The translations under genes and the position numbers were made by a program. Positions 22,530 to 34,700 of a stretch of 64,000 nt of DNA are shown one piece after another. This DNA is from Paramoeba atlantica (lineage: Eukaryota; Protista; Discosea), in the NCBI GenBank assembly GCA_977017575.1, contig CDRNVI010000029.1:310001-374000 (forward strand). The letters are read 5' to 3'. Position 1 is the stretch's first letter, and each line of letters starts with the position of its first letter. The notes under the pieces were generated by a model that worked only from the letters and a program-made list of their open reading frames with translations, was not told the DNA's origin and made no database searches.

Positions 22530-22866
22530 ATATGCAACTTTCATATAATTTTATACATATCTATTATTGTTTCATAATGCAGAAGATTCCTTATTTTGCC
22601 TTACAATTCTTGCCTAAGAGCCCAGAGCTGCGTAATTTTAGTCGTGTTACGCTCTGTCTTTTCTTTGTTTTTTATAAGCTGTATAATTCTTGCTTGTAAG
22701 AAAAAGGTTGGCAAATCGGATGTCGAATCGAAAGACAAGAAAATTAACAGTAGATCAAGGAAGTCATACAAGCCTACATGGCGCCATTCTATAGTTGTAG
22801 AGAGCTATTGATAGCAGGAGAGAGTTGTACTACTAGCGTGAATTATTAATAGATTAAATTGACCTG

Positions 22867-24198
22867 ATGGAAGTAGAGCGTACACCCCTTCATCTTGAGA
22901 ACCTTTTAAGAACAATCAAGTTCGGTACTTCCTCAGAAGTGAAGAAAGTTATTTCGGAGGACAGATCAGGAACACTACTTACTTCTGAAGATGGCTCTGG
23001 TCGTACAGCACTACATTTCGTCGCATATTGGGGCCGGACGGATTTACTCGATTTCTTAAACACACCTGGGATACGGTCGCGAATAGAAGTTGATCACCAA
23101 GACTTTGATGGTAACACCGCACTTGTGCTTGCGGCAAAGCAAAAGAATTTTAGCTGCTTACAATCGCTCGTAGAAAAGTGGGATGCTGACCTCATGAAAA
23201 AACTCAAAGGCGAAGTAACAGTCATTCACCATGCAGCTTGCGTACCAGATAACATCCAGATTCTGCATTTTCTTACTAATGCTTGGATATCACGGTCATC
23301 CGACGCCTCTCAGCCACTAGAGGTAAAACATGAAGAAACAGACCAAAAAAGTGAAGATGTGCAACCCATTGATACGTTCTTTGGCAATGAGGGGCTTCCT
23401 TTCGCTTCCTTTTGTAAGCCCATTGAAGGAGGAAGCCCCCTTCACTGGGCATGTCACAACCAGGATTTGAACAATGTGGCTTTTTGTTTAGATGAATTAC
23501 ACATCCCTGTGGATGTGACAGATATGCACGGGGGCACAGCTCTCTTTGTTGCGTCCTCTCTTGGGCATCATGAAATAACTCGGTTCCTTTTGGAACGTCA
23601 GGCGAACCTCCGCGTACAAACACTTGATGGTACCACTCCATGTTCACTTTTGCTTGAGCAAGAAACTTTAGACGTTGAAATGGTTAAATTGCTGCGCATT
23701 TTTGACCACAGTAATATTCTAGAGGAAATTCTAGCCAATTCAAAAAGCAAATTGCCTGAGCCCGTATACCAAGATTTGTGCAAAGTACCGCCCGATGAAT
23801 CCGCGTGCAAAGAACGCGCTTCACGATTTAAATTGCAGGGCAGCAACGCTTTTGCAGCGAGAGAGTACGTAAAAGCGTCAAAATTTTATACACTCTCGAT
23901 TGCACATGTTTCAAGTGACCCTACAATATTTTCCAACCGTAGTGCGTGCTACTATAATTTGCGCCAATTCCGTAGAGCTCTAGCGGACGGTATTCATTCC
24001 GTTAGATTAAGTCCCACGTGGGTGAAAGGTTATTACCGTACGGCAGCAGTACTCCTCGAATTGGAAGCTTATGATAGGTGTCTAAATGTATGCAAACTCG
24101 GCATAGAGATTGACAGGGACAACTCTGCAACAGCCGAACAGCTGCGCAGCATTATAACCCAGCTGTCTAGGCGGAAAAAGAAGTTGACAACCGTGTAG
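22867..24198 (+). CDS. Ankyrin-repeat plus TPR protein
   Basis: ANK motifs GRTALHFVAYWG, GNTALVLAA, SPLHWAC, GGTALFVASSLG; TPR motifs GSNAFAAREY, FSNRSACY, WVKGYYRTA. Confidence 0.9.
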   Translation: MEVERTPLHLENLLRTIKFGTSSEVKKVISEDRSGTLLTSEDGSGRTALHFVAYWGRTDLLDFLNTPGIRSRIEVDHQDFDGNTALVLAAKQKNFSCLQSLVEKWDADLMKKLKGEVTVIHHAACVPDNIQILHFLTNAWISRSSDASQPLEVKHEETDQKSEDVQPIDTFFGNEGLPFASFCKPIEGGSPLHWACHNQDLNNVAFCLDELHIPVDVTDMHGGTALFVASSLGHHEITRFLLERQANLRVQTLDGTTPCSLLLEQETLDVEMVKLLRIFDHSNILEEILANSKSKLPEPVYQDLCKVPPDESACKERASRFKLQGSNAFAAREYVKASKFYTLSIAHVSSDPTIFSNRSACYYNLRQFRRALADGIHSVRLSPTWVKGYYRTAAVLLELEAYDRCLNVCKLGIEIDRDNSATAEQLRSIITQLSRRKKKLTTV

Positions 24199-24601
24199 CA
24201 GTCTTTTAGATTGTAAGATTTTACAATCTAAAAGACTCTTGCGACTAATAAGGTAAGATGAGGTCTGCAACCTTTACATCCATTTGATTTTGTAGCTGAC
24301 AAGCCCTCGACGCGTCGTTGTTCCACTGGGCGTTATGGAACTGGTCGGTGAGATTTAATAATTATTCAGAAACCTTCCCACGAGTGATAAAATGTATGAT
24401 GTATCAGTGAATGAATTCCTTATGAATACGTACTGACAAGAGAAAAGTAGGTAAGCCAAGTAAATGTTGGGTATGTAAATTGTATCGGTGTTCCGCGATT
24501 TCTTTCGAATCTCTGCGCTTGATTCTAATTTTATTATGCGTTTTCAAACTCATTTTCTCTATGTAGTCCTTGATGAGCGAAGGTTCTGATATCATCCTCA
24601 T

Positions 24602-26911
24602 ATGAACATCACGATTTGGTATTTCTTGCAGTGGACGCTGGCCAGCATCTCGTCATCACTATCTCAAGTACTCCCCTCTCTTATTGTAACCCTGCTTGTA
24701 CTCATACTGAGTGCACGGAAAGTAGAAAGGAAGGAGTCAACTGTTGATCCATCATTATTAACAGTTTCTAGATCGTGCGGAGGGAGACCAAGTTTCGCAC
24801 AATTGAGTAAGTCGCTTCCCCGGAATCCTGCCAGCAATTCGCTCTGTATCCTGTCCATAGTTCGTTCCTTCCTTCTGTTGACTTCAGTCATAGGATCATT
24901 ATATTTTCTTGATTTCTATAGTCTGTTGCATCTTGCCATTATTGTGGGTCTATTCTACTTTGCTTTGAGAGTTGGTTCCTTGTTTTCGATCCCGATGTCC
25001 AGGGGAGATGTAGACACGAGGAAATCATATTTCTTCATCAACAGTGCTATTTGCGGTTCAGCTTTCTACTTTGCATTTATTTATTGCGCCCTACAGTTTA
25101 ATTCTTGCTCGCTAAGCCCACAACTGAAAAACAATTCATTTTCTTCCAATGTATCCAATTTGCAGCCGTCCTGCACCGAGTCAGTGCTCTCTCTTCATCA
25201 TTTAGTAAGCACCACTCCGTCCGGTGGAGTAATATACCTGCACCCTGGACAAGAATATATCGTTGATTTTCCTCTTGTTATACGAGACAAGGAGTTGACT
25301 CTCATCAGTGTTGGAATGGATCATCATGGACAGCAAACCAATAATACTGCCGCCCAGTTGCTATGTGTTACGGAATGTGCCATTGTACTTCGAGGGTCAT
25401 CCCTTTCACTTGTGAACATACACATGACGACGGAGAGTCGTAAGAAGCCGGCGATCGTTGTGTTCTCCGCCGAAGACAGTGTTTTCCGAGGAGAAGAAAC
25501 TAGTGTGTACAGGAAATCCGATACTTCTCTACAAATGCGAGACTCTGTTCTTCACTGCGCGTTGCGGAAATGCGTTTATTATCCCAGTAGAACGCGATCA
25601 AAATCCGATGGTTATTCTGAAACGAAAGAGTACAATCAATGGGACTATTTACCTTTGAGTCATAGATCTCTACTGCTCTGTACTTCGTTGATACTGAAGC
25701 TCACGGGAGATTATGCATTTCCATTCGTACGACGTCTTGCTACCGCTCTTCCCTGGATGACATCAAGCGCGTATTCTTTCTTCCGTTTGTCAATTATTTT
25801 AGCCAACGAATACCTGGAAGCTACGTACTGCATAGTTTCACTGTGCTCTGAACAAATGCGGTATGAAAAGTGTGCATGGGCGCAGCAAGCGTACCCTATT
25901 TTGTATCAGTTCATAAGTACGATATACGGAGCTGTGCGCCACACTCAATATTTTATTGGAGGAATCCGTCCCGTCTTCCAATCAATCGTTGATGTTATGG
26001 GTCTCATCCTGTGTCAATTTCACTTCTTTTCGAATGACAAGTGCACCGCCTTACGGCGTTCATACCCAGTGGCATCGGAGCTACAGCGTGATGTGCATTC
26101 AGGGTTAGGATGGCTCGTTGCATGGGCTCGATGCATGCTTTGGTCGGACCCCTCCGATGCTCGATGTGCTGAGAGCAGTCTGTTATTGGTAATGATACAG
26201 TACAGTATATTTTTGCCTCGACTAATAGTGTCGTCCTTTTTTGCCATATTTGTGGGTGAACATCGCTGTATTCTAAACATCATGAGTCTTCAAGCACAGT
26301 TTTGCTACGAATTAGGTTTATACGTTCTTGCCATCGGCCGCGTATTAGTGCGTTTTGTGATTAGGGAACACTTTTCACAGGCTGCGATGACACAAATTAC
26401 GACTTCGTTTGTTTTTTGTCTTTATACCTTGTTTGCCGTACTTCGAAAAACTACTGATTTGAACGACGACGAAAGCGTTCATGAATCGTACAACTCACTT
26501 TTAGATGTCCTAGGGGGTATATTTAGGACCAAAAAATGGGTTCACCTAGCTTACAGCATGGGTACGAAAACGACGGAGTTAGCCTCCGTACTGAAGCACT
26601 ATGGTCTTTCTTGCACGCTTGTTTTCCTCACTTCGTTCCTCCCGTATCCCTTGTATCAAATGACCGTGTGGCTGCAGCTTCCGGTGCAATGCTGCCAGAC
26701 CACATTGTGGATTTTAATACCCAAACCGTCATGGATAAAAGGCATTCTAATTATCTGCGCAAGATTTTTGGTTTCTTATCTTATTCAGAATACGCTAGGG
26801 ATCATACTTGGATATCTATGGGGAGAAGTTTCCATTCTGATAACTATTTTTCTAGCAGCAGTTATCGCACACAGCTTTTTTCACGAGTCGCGTAAAAAAC
26901 TCAGGCAATAG
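24602..26911 (+). CDS. Multi-pass membrane protein of unknown function
   Basis: 769 aa with N- and C-terminal hydrophobic clusters; the lumenal segment GGVIYLHPGQEY...ELTLIS resembles the start of a beta-helix fold. Confidence 0.65.
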   Translation: MNITIWYFLQWTLASISSSLSQVLPSLIVTLLVLILSARKVERKESTVDPSLLTVSRSCGGRPSFAQLSKSLPRNPASNSLCILSIVRSFLLLTSVIGSLYFLDFYSLLHLAIIVGLFYFALRVGSLFSIPMSRGDVDTRKSYFFINSAICGSAFYFAFIYCALQFNSCSLSPQLKNNSFSSNVSNLQPSCTESVLSLHHLVSTTPSGGVIYLHPGQEYIVDFPLVIRDKELTLISVGMDHHGQQTNNTAAQLLCVTECAIVLRGSSLSLVNIHMTTESRKKPAIVVFSAEDSVFRGEETSVYRKSDTSLQMRDSVLHCALRKCVYYPSRTRSKSDGYSETKEYNQWDYLPLSHRSLLLCTSLILKLTGDYAFPFVRRLATALPWMTSSAYSFFRLSIILANEYLEATYCIVSLCSEQMRYEKCAWAQQAYPILYQFISTIYGAVRHTQYFIGGIRPVFQSIVDVMGLILCQFHFFSNDKCTALRRSYPVASELQRDVHSGLGWLVAWARCMLWSDPSDARCAESSLLLVMIQYSIFLPRLIVSSFFAIFVGEHRCILNIMSLQAQFCYELGLYVLAIGRVLVRFVIREHFSQAAMTQITTSFVFCLYTLFAVLRKTTDLNDDESVHESYNSLLDVLGGIFRTKKWVHLAYSMGTKTTELASVLKHYGLSCTLVFLTSFLPYPLYQMTVWLQLPVQCCQTTLWILIPKPSWIKGILIICARFLVSYLIQNTLGIILGYLWGEVSILITIFLAAVIAHSFFHESRKKLRQ

Positions 26912-27174
26912 ATTAGCAGATGTTACGGAAGATCACAGCCTTAACGTCATCAATATCAGACTATATCGTGGCCTCATCATTAACATATTCGTTTCTAATC
27001 CTGCTCCTTTCTTGCGTCCTCCATGATCCATAGGTCGTCCTGTCAAAAGAGTAAAGTGCAGTACGTCGATTAGCGTTGTGTATTCAATTCGATTATTCAT
27101 TTCTTTAAGATTAATGAAAGTTGTGCTACGGTGATTCATGACATCATGTAATGCTAAGGAGTGTGTAATTTCGT

Positions 27175-28194
27175 ATGTACACTAATGCGTTAGGGAACAA
27201 CACGTTTACATACCCTTTTCCAGAGAATACTTTCTTCATGGTACTACTTCACACTACAATTACGACTCCCGCGTTACACAAATCATCCACCCCCATTGTG
27301 CTTCTTCATGGACTTTTTGGCAGCAGCTCCAATTGGAGAACGATGGCTCAACGCCTTGCAACACAATTAGGATGTACGATTTACGCACCGGACGCTCGAA
27401 ACCACGGCGCCTCCCCTCATGCTGCCCCATTTACTTTAGAAAATATGGTTCTGGACTTGCGCGAGACTCTGCTGCACTTGCAGTATAAAGAGAAGAGCAT
27501 TGCTTTGCTGAAACCCGTTGTTATCGGTCACTCTCTAGGAGGCTTGGTGACAGCTCGATATTTACAGAACTACGACTCTAGTGCGACTGCTGCGATGTTT
27601 GTGGATATTACTCCTCGACAGATCACAACGGAGAAACTTAACGAATTTCTAAGTTATTGTAGTGCCATGCGTTCCGCTTTGAGGGGGGCAGTGGAAGCTG
27701 GAGAGGCAGGTGTGACTTTACGATCGATTGATCATGCATTACAAAGTGCTGTATTGAACAAACAGATTCGAAGCTTTTTACTAACCAATTTGGAACGTGG
27801 AAATGACGAGTACTACTGGAGATTGGGGTTGTCAAATATTGCAGAGGGGCTGAAGTCCGGAAAAGCAACTTGGAATTCGTTAAAACCACCGATACATCTA
27901 AAGACACCATCATTGTTCCTTTATGGTGAAAAATCGGAATACTGGAATGATCCTAAACGTGAAAGCTACTTGTATGACCTGTTTGAACAGTCAGACGTTC
28001 GCAAAGCATGTAGATGGGAAGTAGACAATAACGGGCATATAGAACTGGCTTCTAAAATGAGAAATTCAATTTTAAATTTTGCTACAGTACCACAGGCAGG
28101 ACATTGGCCTCATGCTGAGAATCCGAACGCGTTCTTCCACTATGTCACCAAATTCTACGGATTTTACGCGAATAGTAATCCAAGCGAAAGATGA
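27175..28194 (+). CDS. Alpha/beta hydrolase, ABHD11/YbfF-like
   Basis: PIVLLHGLFGSSSNW, DARNHGAS, nucleophile GHSLGG, AGHWPHAENP. Confidence 0.9.
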   Translation: MYTNALGNNTFTYPFPENTFFMVLLHTTITTPALHKSSTPIVLLHGLFGSSSNWRTMAQRLATQLGCTIYAPDARNHGASPHAAPFTLENMVLDLRETLLHLQYKEKSIALLKPVVIGHSLGGLVTARYLQNYDSSATAAMFVDITPRQITTEKLNEFLSYCSAMRSALRGAVEAGEAGVTLRSIDHALQSAVLNKQIRSFLLTNLERGNDEYYWRLGLSNIAEGLKSGKATWNSLKPPIHLKTPSLFLYGEKSEYWNDPKRESYLYDLFEQSDVRKACRWEVDNNGHIELASKMRNSILNFATVPQAGHWPHAENPNAFFHYVTKFYGFYANSNPSER

Positions 28195-28431
28195 CGATAT
28201 TAGTAGTACGAGGTCTACTAATGGAGAACCTATAGAAGGGTGTATGGACATACATTATAGAACGAAGAGGGCTAGTCTAGTCACGAACTCCAGGGTACTG
28301 TAGCTCGAAGCATACGCTTCCGTAGTTCTTTATAGTACTTACCTACCAAATTCGGCAGAATTTTTCACCCCTTTTAGATTAGGTAACGGACATCTCTTTT
28401 CTTTCGTTCTTTCATTGTCAGGTATGGACGA

Positions 28432-29571
28432 ATGGAGACCGCATGTTCACTCCCGACTTCCTTTCTGAAAATCCAAGTCACTTCCTTGTCACGCAATTTT
28501 AGAAATGCCACTCAAGTCATCCGCCATGCTATGCCCCAATCCCTGCCTCCGGGACATCTCCTGGTCCGCAACACCCTCCTCGGGATTAACGCCAGTGACG
28601 TGAACTACACCGCCGGAGTCTACCGTCCCTCCCTCCACCCCCCCTTCGACTGCGGTTTCGAATCCCTCGGCACGGTCATGGGCATACCCTCCCCCGGGGC
28701 TCTCCCCCCTACCCCTCCATTCCCCCTGGGGGGTCACGTCCTGGTCCGTTCCTACGGGGCCTTTGCGGAGTACCAAGTGGTGCGCGCCAGCCAATGCACC
28801 CGCCTTCCCGATCCCCCCCGCGTGCCACTACGGGGCTATCTCCCCCTCCTCACGAGTGGGGTGACCGCCAGTGTCGCCTTGGAACAGCTCGGGGGGTTAC
28901 AGCCCGGGGGCCGGGTACTCGTCACCGCGGCCGCCGGGGGCACGGGGCAGTTTGCCGTGCAGCTCGCGAAGCACGCCTACGGGTGTACCGTGTTCGGGAC
29001 GTGCAGCTCCGAGGCGAAGGCGGGTCAACTTCGGCAACTCGGCTGCGACCGCCCGATTGTGTACACCCAGGAGAGTGTGGAGAGGGTGTTGCGGGCGGAG
29101 GCGTACGGGAAATCGGGGGCTGCCCCCGGGCTGCAGCTGGTGTATGAATCGGTGGGGGGTGAGTTGTTGAAGGTCGCCGTGTCGCATTTGGCCAACAAGG
29201 GCCGGGTGCTGATCATGGGTTCCATGGGGGAGTATGCCTCAGGGAGGTGGAAAAGTCGGGGTGGTGAACAGGAAGGGCTGGATGGCAGTGACTCGGAGAC
29301 ATCACGTAGAAGGGATTGTGATGCCCCTAGCACACAATCGCTTCCGAGTTTACTTCTTTGTAAAAGTGCCTCTATGGTCGGGTTTTTTCTTCCGCATTTC
29401 TCCAAACACATTGCGCCACACTTATCAAGACTTATTGAGATGTTGGAGGCTAGAAAAATAGAATCCGTGTGCGACGCATCTCATTTTTCAGGAATACATA
29501 ATGTAGCATCTGCGGTGGAGCATCTGTACACCGGCCGTAGTCTGGGAAAGGTTATCGTTGAGCTACCGTAA
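28432..29571 (+). CDS. MDR-family NADP-dependent oxidoreductase, ZADH2/PTGR3-like
   Basis: GINASDVNYTAG, PPFDCGFE, VLVTAAAGGTGQFAVQLAK, VYESVGG, GKVIVEL. Confidence 0.9.
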   Translation: METACSLPTSFLKIQVTSLSRNFRNATQVIRHAMPQSLPPGHLLVRNTLLGINASDVNYTAGVYRPSLHPPFDCGFESLGTVMGIPSPGALPPTPPFPLGGHVLVRSYGAFAEYQVVRASQCTRLPDPPRVPLRGYLPLLTSGVTASVALEQLGGLQPGGRVLVTAAAGGTGQFAVQLAKHAYGCTVFGTCSSEAKAGQLRQLGCDRPIVYTQESVERVLRAEAYGKSGAAPGLQLVYESVGGELLKVAVSHLANKGRVLIMGSMGEYASGRWKSRGGEQEGLDGSDSETSRRRDCDAPSTQSLPSLLLCKSASMVGFFLPHFSKHIAPHLSRLIEMLEARKIESVCDASHFSGIHNVASAVEHLYTGRSLGKVIVELP

Positions 29572-29778
29572 CCGGTTTTGCTTGAATCAGGAGGAACGCA
29601 TGGTCCACTTGATCTGGCAATAGATCATAAGCAAACACAAGACGTTTGTCTCGTGTATGTCATTTACCTGATCACAATACTTAATACTTGTATTATAGCT
29701 CTTGCAGCAATACTCTAACTCAATCAGTTCAACTGATCAATGTAGTACAACTGATCTTTTCCTAAAGTCTGAGTTTTT

Positions 29779-30708
29779 ATGGACCTTCCGGAAGGCAAAA
29801 AAGTGAATGATGTTCCACGAGAGCCTTTAATTTGTCTGGCCGCTCATCTTGGGCATACATTAAACGCTGTATTGGACGATATCCATAGATCAACGTATTC
29901 TGCACGAGACGTCCGCAATAAATCATTTCTTTCGCAGTGGAATGCAAGAGAGCAAACCTCTCAGTATGTATCATCTCCGATAGCGGTTCGTGAGACGACG
30001 TTCAAGAGCCTGAATTCTTCTCCTTTACTGGATAACATACAGCGTTCATGTAACATTCCATCATTGCATCCACATCACCTTCACGCGCTATCCATATTAT
30101 GTCCACAAGCTTTACCAGGGGCTTTGAGGTTACTAGATTGCAGAAATGCAATTATTCGAGTTGTTTGCCCAGCGAGTCAATCCTCGCCGCGGGGTACAAC
30201 GGTGCATTCGCTATATTTCGTTCACAATTCCAAGCGACTCAGTAAGAAGAGTACTGAGCCAAACGTTCCAAGTGATTCGAACATTGGAGTGCATTCTAAT
30301 CTTTTCGCCGACTTCTACATGTGCCTAGGTGGGTACTTCTGTAATTGCCGTGCATTCGAATACAAAGTGTTATCTGGACACGAAAATTATAACCTAGATA
30401 GCAATGTAAAGGAATCGAGTTTTGAGCATGACGTCAGTTACCGCTTTTTTGGGCCTGCGCAACATGAAGCATTCTGTAAACATTTGTTAGCTGTGCAACT
30501 AGCGCAGGCCTTGGATGGAGACTGCGAACGAGATATAAGAAATGACTTCAAAAATATAGTCCAGCCCAATATTGATTCCTGCAGAAGAGGCAATGTGACC
30601 GGTCCTTCTGAGATGAGCAAATCGCCTTATTTCACGTTGCCACTACCGTACAATTATCACAGAGTTGTCATCACAAGCGTCGACAACTACATGAATCTTT
30701 TGTCCTAG
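29779..30708 (+). CDS. SWIM zinc-finger protein, SWS1/ZSWIM7-like
   Basis: N-terminal ALRLLD helix; YMCLGGYFCNCRAF...FCKHLLAVQLA is the CxC...CxH SWIM pattern in SWS1 context. Confidence 0.65.
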   Translation: MDLPEGKKVNDVPREPLICLAAHLGHTLNAVLDDIHRSTYSARDVRNKSFLSQWNAREQTSQYVSSPIAVRETTFKSLNSSPLLDNIQRSCNIPSLHPHHLHALSILCPQALPGALRLLDCRNAIIRVVCPASQSSPRGTTVHSLYFVHNSKRLSKKSTEPNVPSDSNIGVHSNLFADFYMCLGGYFCNCRAFEYKVLSGHENYNLDSNVKESSFEHDVSYRFFGPAQHEAFCKHLLAVQLAQALDGDCERDIRNDFKNIVQPNIDSCRRGNVTGPSEMSKSPYFTLPLPYNYHRVVITSVDNYMNLLS

Positions 30709-30742
30709 CCTCACGAGTTTGCGATTATTAAAGGAAGACATA

Positions 30743-31485
30743 AAGGGGTGTAAATTTGGATGTGGGGGAGGTCTAAAATTTGTAAAACTTGGCCAATTTT
30801 GGAAAATAGTAGCGCATTCGAGAGCTCTCGAACCGAGCTCATGAACGTGCATGCACGGCATCTGCGTTATTTAGATTTTCAAGTGCACGTAAAAAAACTT
30901 AGTTTTTTGGGAGGCAAAATCTTGCATTTTTCACAGTTTTTCTGATTTCTCCCCTGATTCATGCTACAAAGACGGGGTTGTGGGCGATCACCCGAACACA
31001 AAAACTACGAAAGGGTTTATTCTTCGCCTGGGCACGTAAAAGCAAGCTGGTGCATGGTTCTTGTTGCCGATTACGAAACAACACAATCTTTTTCGCGCTA
31101 AAAATTCATGTTCCATAGTGGGCGACTCCGAAAATGGTTGAGCCCCTCGGAATCGTGCAGATTTGATCATTGCGATCGTAGCAGCGTTTGAAGGCCCCTG
31201 AAAATGCCATGAAGAGCTTTAGAAGGCGATGCTGTATTGTGATTGACATTAATCGACGATAATCGCAATTATTAATATTTCTTTTTCAATATGTGCTATT
31301 GCTTTAGAAAGTTGCAAATAGCGTTTGGGGACTCTTTGTCTAGGGGGCAATACCCCCTTGTGCCTAGTTCGGCCTTGTTACGTTCATGAGCCCTGTGCGA
31401 GAGCTCTCGAATGCGCTATTATTTTCCAAAATTGGCCAAGTTTTACAAATTTTAGGCCCCCCCCACATCCAAATTTACACCCTTG
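30743..31485. mobile_element. Non-autonomous Tc1-like element (743 bp, ~105-bp TIRs, TA flanks)
   Basis: Left (A)AGGGGTGTAAATTTGGATGTGGGGG...TTTTGGAAAATAGTAGCGCATTCGAGAGCTCTCG is mirrored at ~31380-31485; TA at 30741-42 and 31486-87. Confidence 0.85.
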
Positions 31486-31731
31486 TATCTTTGTTCCTTC
31501 TTTCTACGCCATATAAAAAATCCAATCAAGTACTTGAAATCGAATTCGAACGTGTACAGCATTCGTGTCACATAACAGAACAGGAGTGGGTCCCTGAAGG
31601 TTACTCTTAGGCTATCTAACAACGAGAAAAACATATGATACGTAGTACGATAACTAGAGCACATAGTTCTTCTTGCAGTTTTAACACTTTTCGTTTCGAT
31701 AGATTTTATTCGAAGCTATCATGTTTCTGTA

Positions 31732-34700
31732 TTGATGAGCGGTTTGTATTTGAGAAGATCTGCGAATACATCATTGTGGCCTCGAAAGCTGATTCTTGGG
31801 GTCCCTCATCGTACCTATTGTTCAGCTTATCTTCAGCGTCGTATATTTCCGAGCGGAGTTGGTGGTGCCTTACAACAAAAATTGCATGTCTTCCTTGAGC
31901 AGCAACACATTTCTCCAATGCGAGCATCAGAAATACGATCCATGGCCGAAGTAACGGTTGTGTCTGCGAAGCTTACCAAAGTTTCCCTGAAAACGCTCTG
32001 CGACTTGTTAGTATCCTTGAGAAAGCTAGGAATACAAAAAGATTCTCCTTCAATACGGCGCATTATAAAAAATGTTGTGCACAGACTTGAAAATCCGGAT
32101 CCGGAAGATATCGTTTGTCTGACGAAAATCGGAAAATTTTCGGAGGCGTCTCATGTCGTTAATTCGCTGCGAACTGCTAGCGCTCCGAGCTCACAGTTCT
32201 GGGAAAAAGAAATTCCACGTTGCGAAATTAAATGGCTTTCGTCTGCTTGTCAATTTCTTGAGATTTACTACTACCGTTATCCGCAATATAGTACCACGTT
32301 GATGGACATAAAGAAACAACCTCTCCGCGTCTCGTGCAGGATACGGGGAGAACTCGAAAAACTGAAGACCTTGGTTTTGCGAAGATTGAAGATGCTTCTT
32401 GAAGCCTCTGATGCATTTCCTGATCTGATCGATAGAGCATGCTCTTTTGCATATAATCTACAAACTGCGCTATTTTTCCATGAGCTGAATTCTCTTCACC
32501 TGCTTTTTGATCTACGTCTTAAACGCGATTGTCCCTCTATGCAAGAATTTTCCAAATTCTTGGACTCGACTACCCCAATCCTAGAGGTACGGTACAAGTC
32601 ACTGCGTAAAGAATCGAGTGTGAAGTGGACTTCCGGTGCTCGCTATTTTCTAAATATATTTTTGACCTCAGTTTTTGAGCACATTCACTTACTAACTTCA
32701 GTTTCTGACGACGATTTTCCCATTGACGAATGGACAACTTTGATCTCTATTGTAGGAACACTATTGGAATTCGAATTTCTCGAGCAGGAGCGTAGGGCAC
32801 CATGTAATAGCTCTACCTCAGTGACCTACACGTCTATTAACTCTGAAGATTTAACAGACAATGCTTGTTCTAAACCGTTTAAGCCCGTAAATACAGTTGA
32901 GCGTGTTACTAAATATTGTGTTCTGTGCAAGAGAATTCTCTACATAGTGCGTGATAGGCTTAACGCTTCGAGCCTTTCACTTCATCCTACAGGTTCTGCC
33001 ACCTACGTGGAGGAAATGGGGGTGTGGCTTGATCGCGGGTGTCCAAAAGATGATTATAGATTTCGATCCCTTCATTTACTTTTTCAGCGCGATAAGATGC
33101 TGCAAACTCAATTGAGTGATGTCATTCTAAAGCTGGGGAAGCGGATTTTAGAACTGGGTTCCAGAAAAGAGAAAGAATTGAATGTTCACCATGCGTCTCA
33201 TGAAAAAGCTTTGGAAACATCTTTAAAGAACTTTTCATTGTCTCTTACTCCGTTCGACGGGAACAGAAATAGATGGTCACGGGAATTTGTAACCTGGCTG
33301 CCGCACGCATCCTTGCAAGACCTCCTGTCACTAATAAAACTAAATTTGTTCACTCTAAATGAAGTTCTTTTTGCAAAGGCAACACACATTGAAGATAGGG
33401 GCGATCATAAAGATCCACAAGTAAGTCGAATGGTTTGGGAATGCCTCTTTGATGCTCTACTGGACAAAACAAACTTATGCACAGTTACACTTGCACCTGA
33501 CCAGTATGTGCACCTCGTAACATATCTTTACTACGTTGGCGAAAATTGTAATTGGCAGTCAGTGATTCAAATTCTTCGGAATGTAAAATTTTCAGCTGTT
33601 CCTTCTCGCTTTTCGAAGACTAATGTAGAAATTCCGAAAAGCAAATTCTACGAACCGTATCCTTTAGAATTTTGGATAGCGTTGAACCATGTGCACGTAC
33701 TAGAGGACCCTACAGCTCAAGTGTACAATAAGAGAAAGTCAGCTGTCTCACGAGAAGTTTACCAGCATTTTTGGGCCCACGGCATACTGTGGTTGCAGTC
33801 TTTAACGATAGATAAGCCGAACCCCCTGGTATTATCTATTATTCTGACGTGGCAAGTAAGATTTGATTTGTCCGCAACCTTATCTCCATCAACAGATTCT
33901 AATTCATTTGAGCGTTCGATCCATGATGTGATTTGCTCCACAATTCCCTTCCTCCAGACCGCAGATTTAGACATGATTTTGTATGTTGTCCAAGATTGGG
34001 AGACACAACATAAAAAGGATGTAAGTACAAAGATTTCGAAGCGATTGAGGGCTTGTTTTAATGAGATGAAGACTTCACTGTCACCAAAGCAGAACGGAAC
34101 ACGAGTAGAGCAGAATAGCACAAGTAGAGCAATCTGCGGTGTACTTAATACAATGTTGACACTCCAATGCTTACCTGAAGTGCCTGTATTGTTAGAATTG
34201 ACAAAAGACGTAGTTGGAAATGCTTTTCTTGAAGAAAAAGAAACGAAAAATCATTCCTGTAGAGACGTTAGTGATTCCACTCTCGAATTGCAACATGTAG
34301 TACTTCTTCTGGAAGCTTTTTTACATTGTGCAGATTACCTTGACAAAGATATTCCTGGCACATCATCCTGTATGGGACAAAACGCTATGAATGTACCTTG
34401 CAAGCTACAAATGATGTTTTATCAAGCGCTCCTACGCTCATCTTGCACGGAAGTGCCCATAATAGTTCGTGTTAGAGGCCTGTCCTTGTTGTTACGGCAC
34501 AAAACTATCGACAAAAAGATTCTTAAGAATATTCTATCTATTCTATTTATAAACCTTGGTGACTCTAAAATAGAAATTCGGGATGCGAAGAGTGCATCAA
34601 GGACGCCGGAAATCCAAACGCAAAATGCTCACGCCAAGGGCGTCTGCCGGTTAGTGCCACATTTTTACGTTTTGTGCCTCTTACAAGCAGCACTTGAAGT

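Noticed and set aside
28640-28680. GGTTTCGAATCCC as a tRNA T-arm
   Set aside because: Lies in frame within the ZADH2-like CDS (GFES); no cloverleaf. No tRNA or rRNA was recognised in the window.
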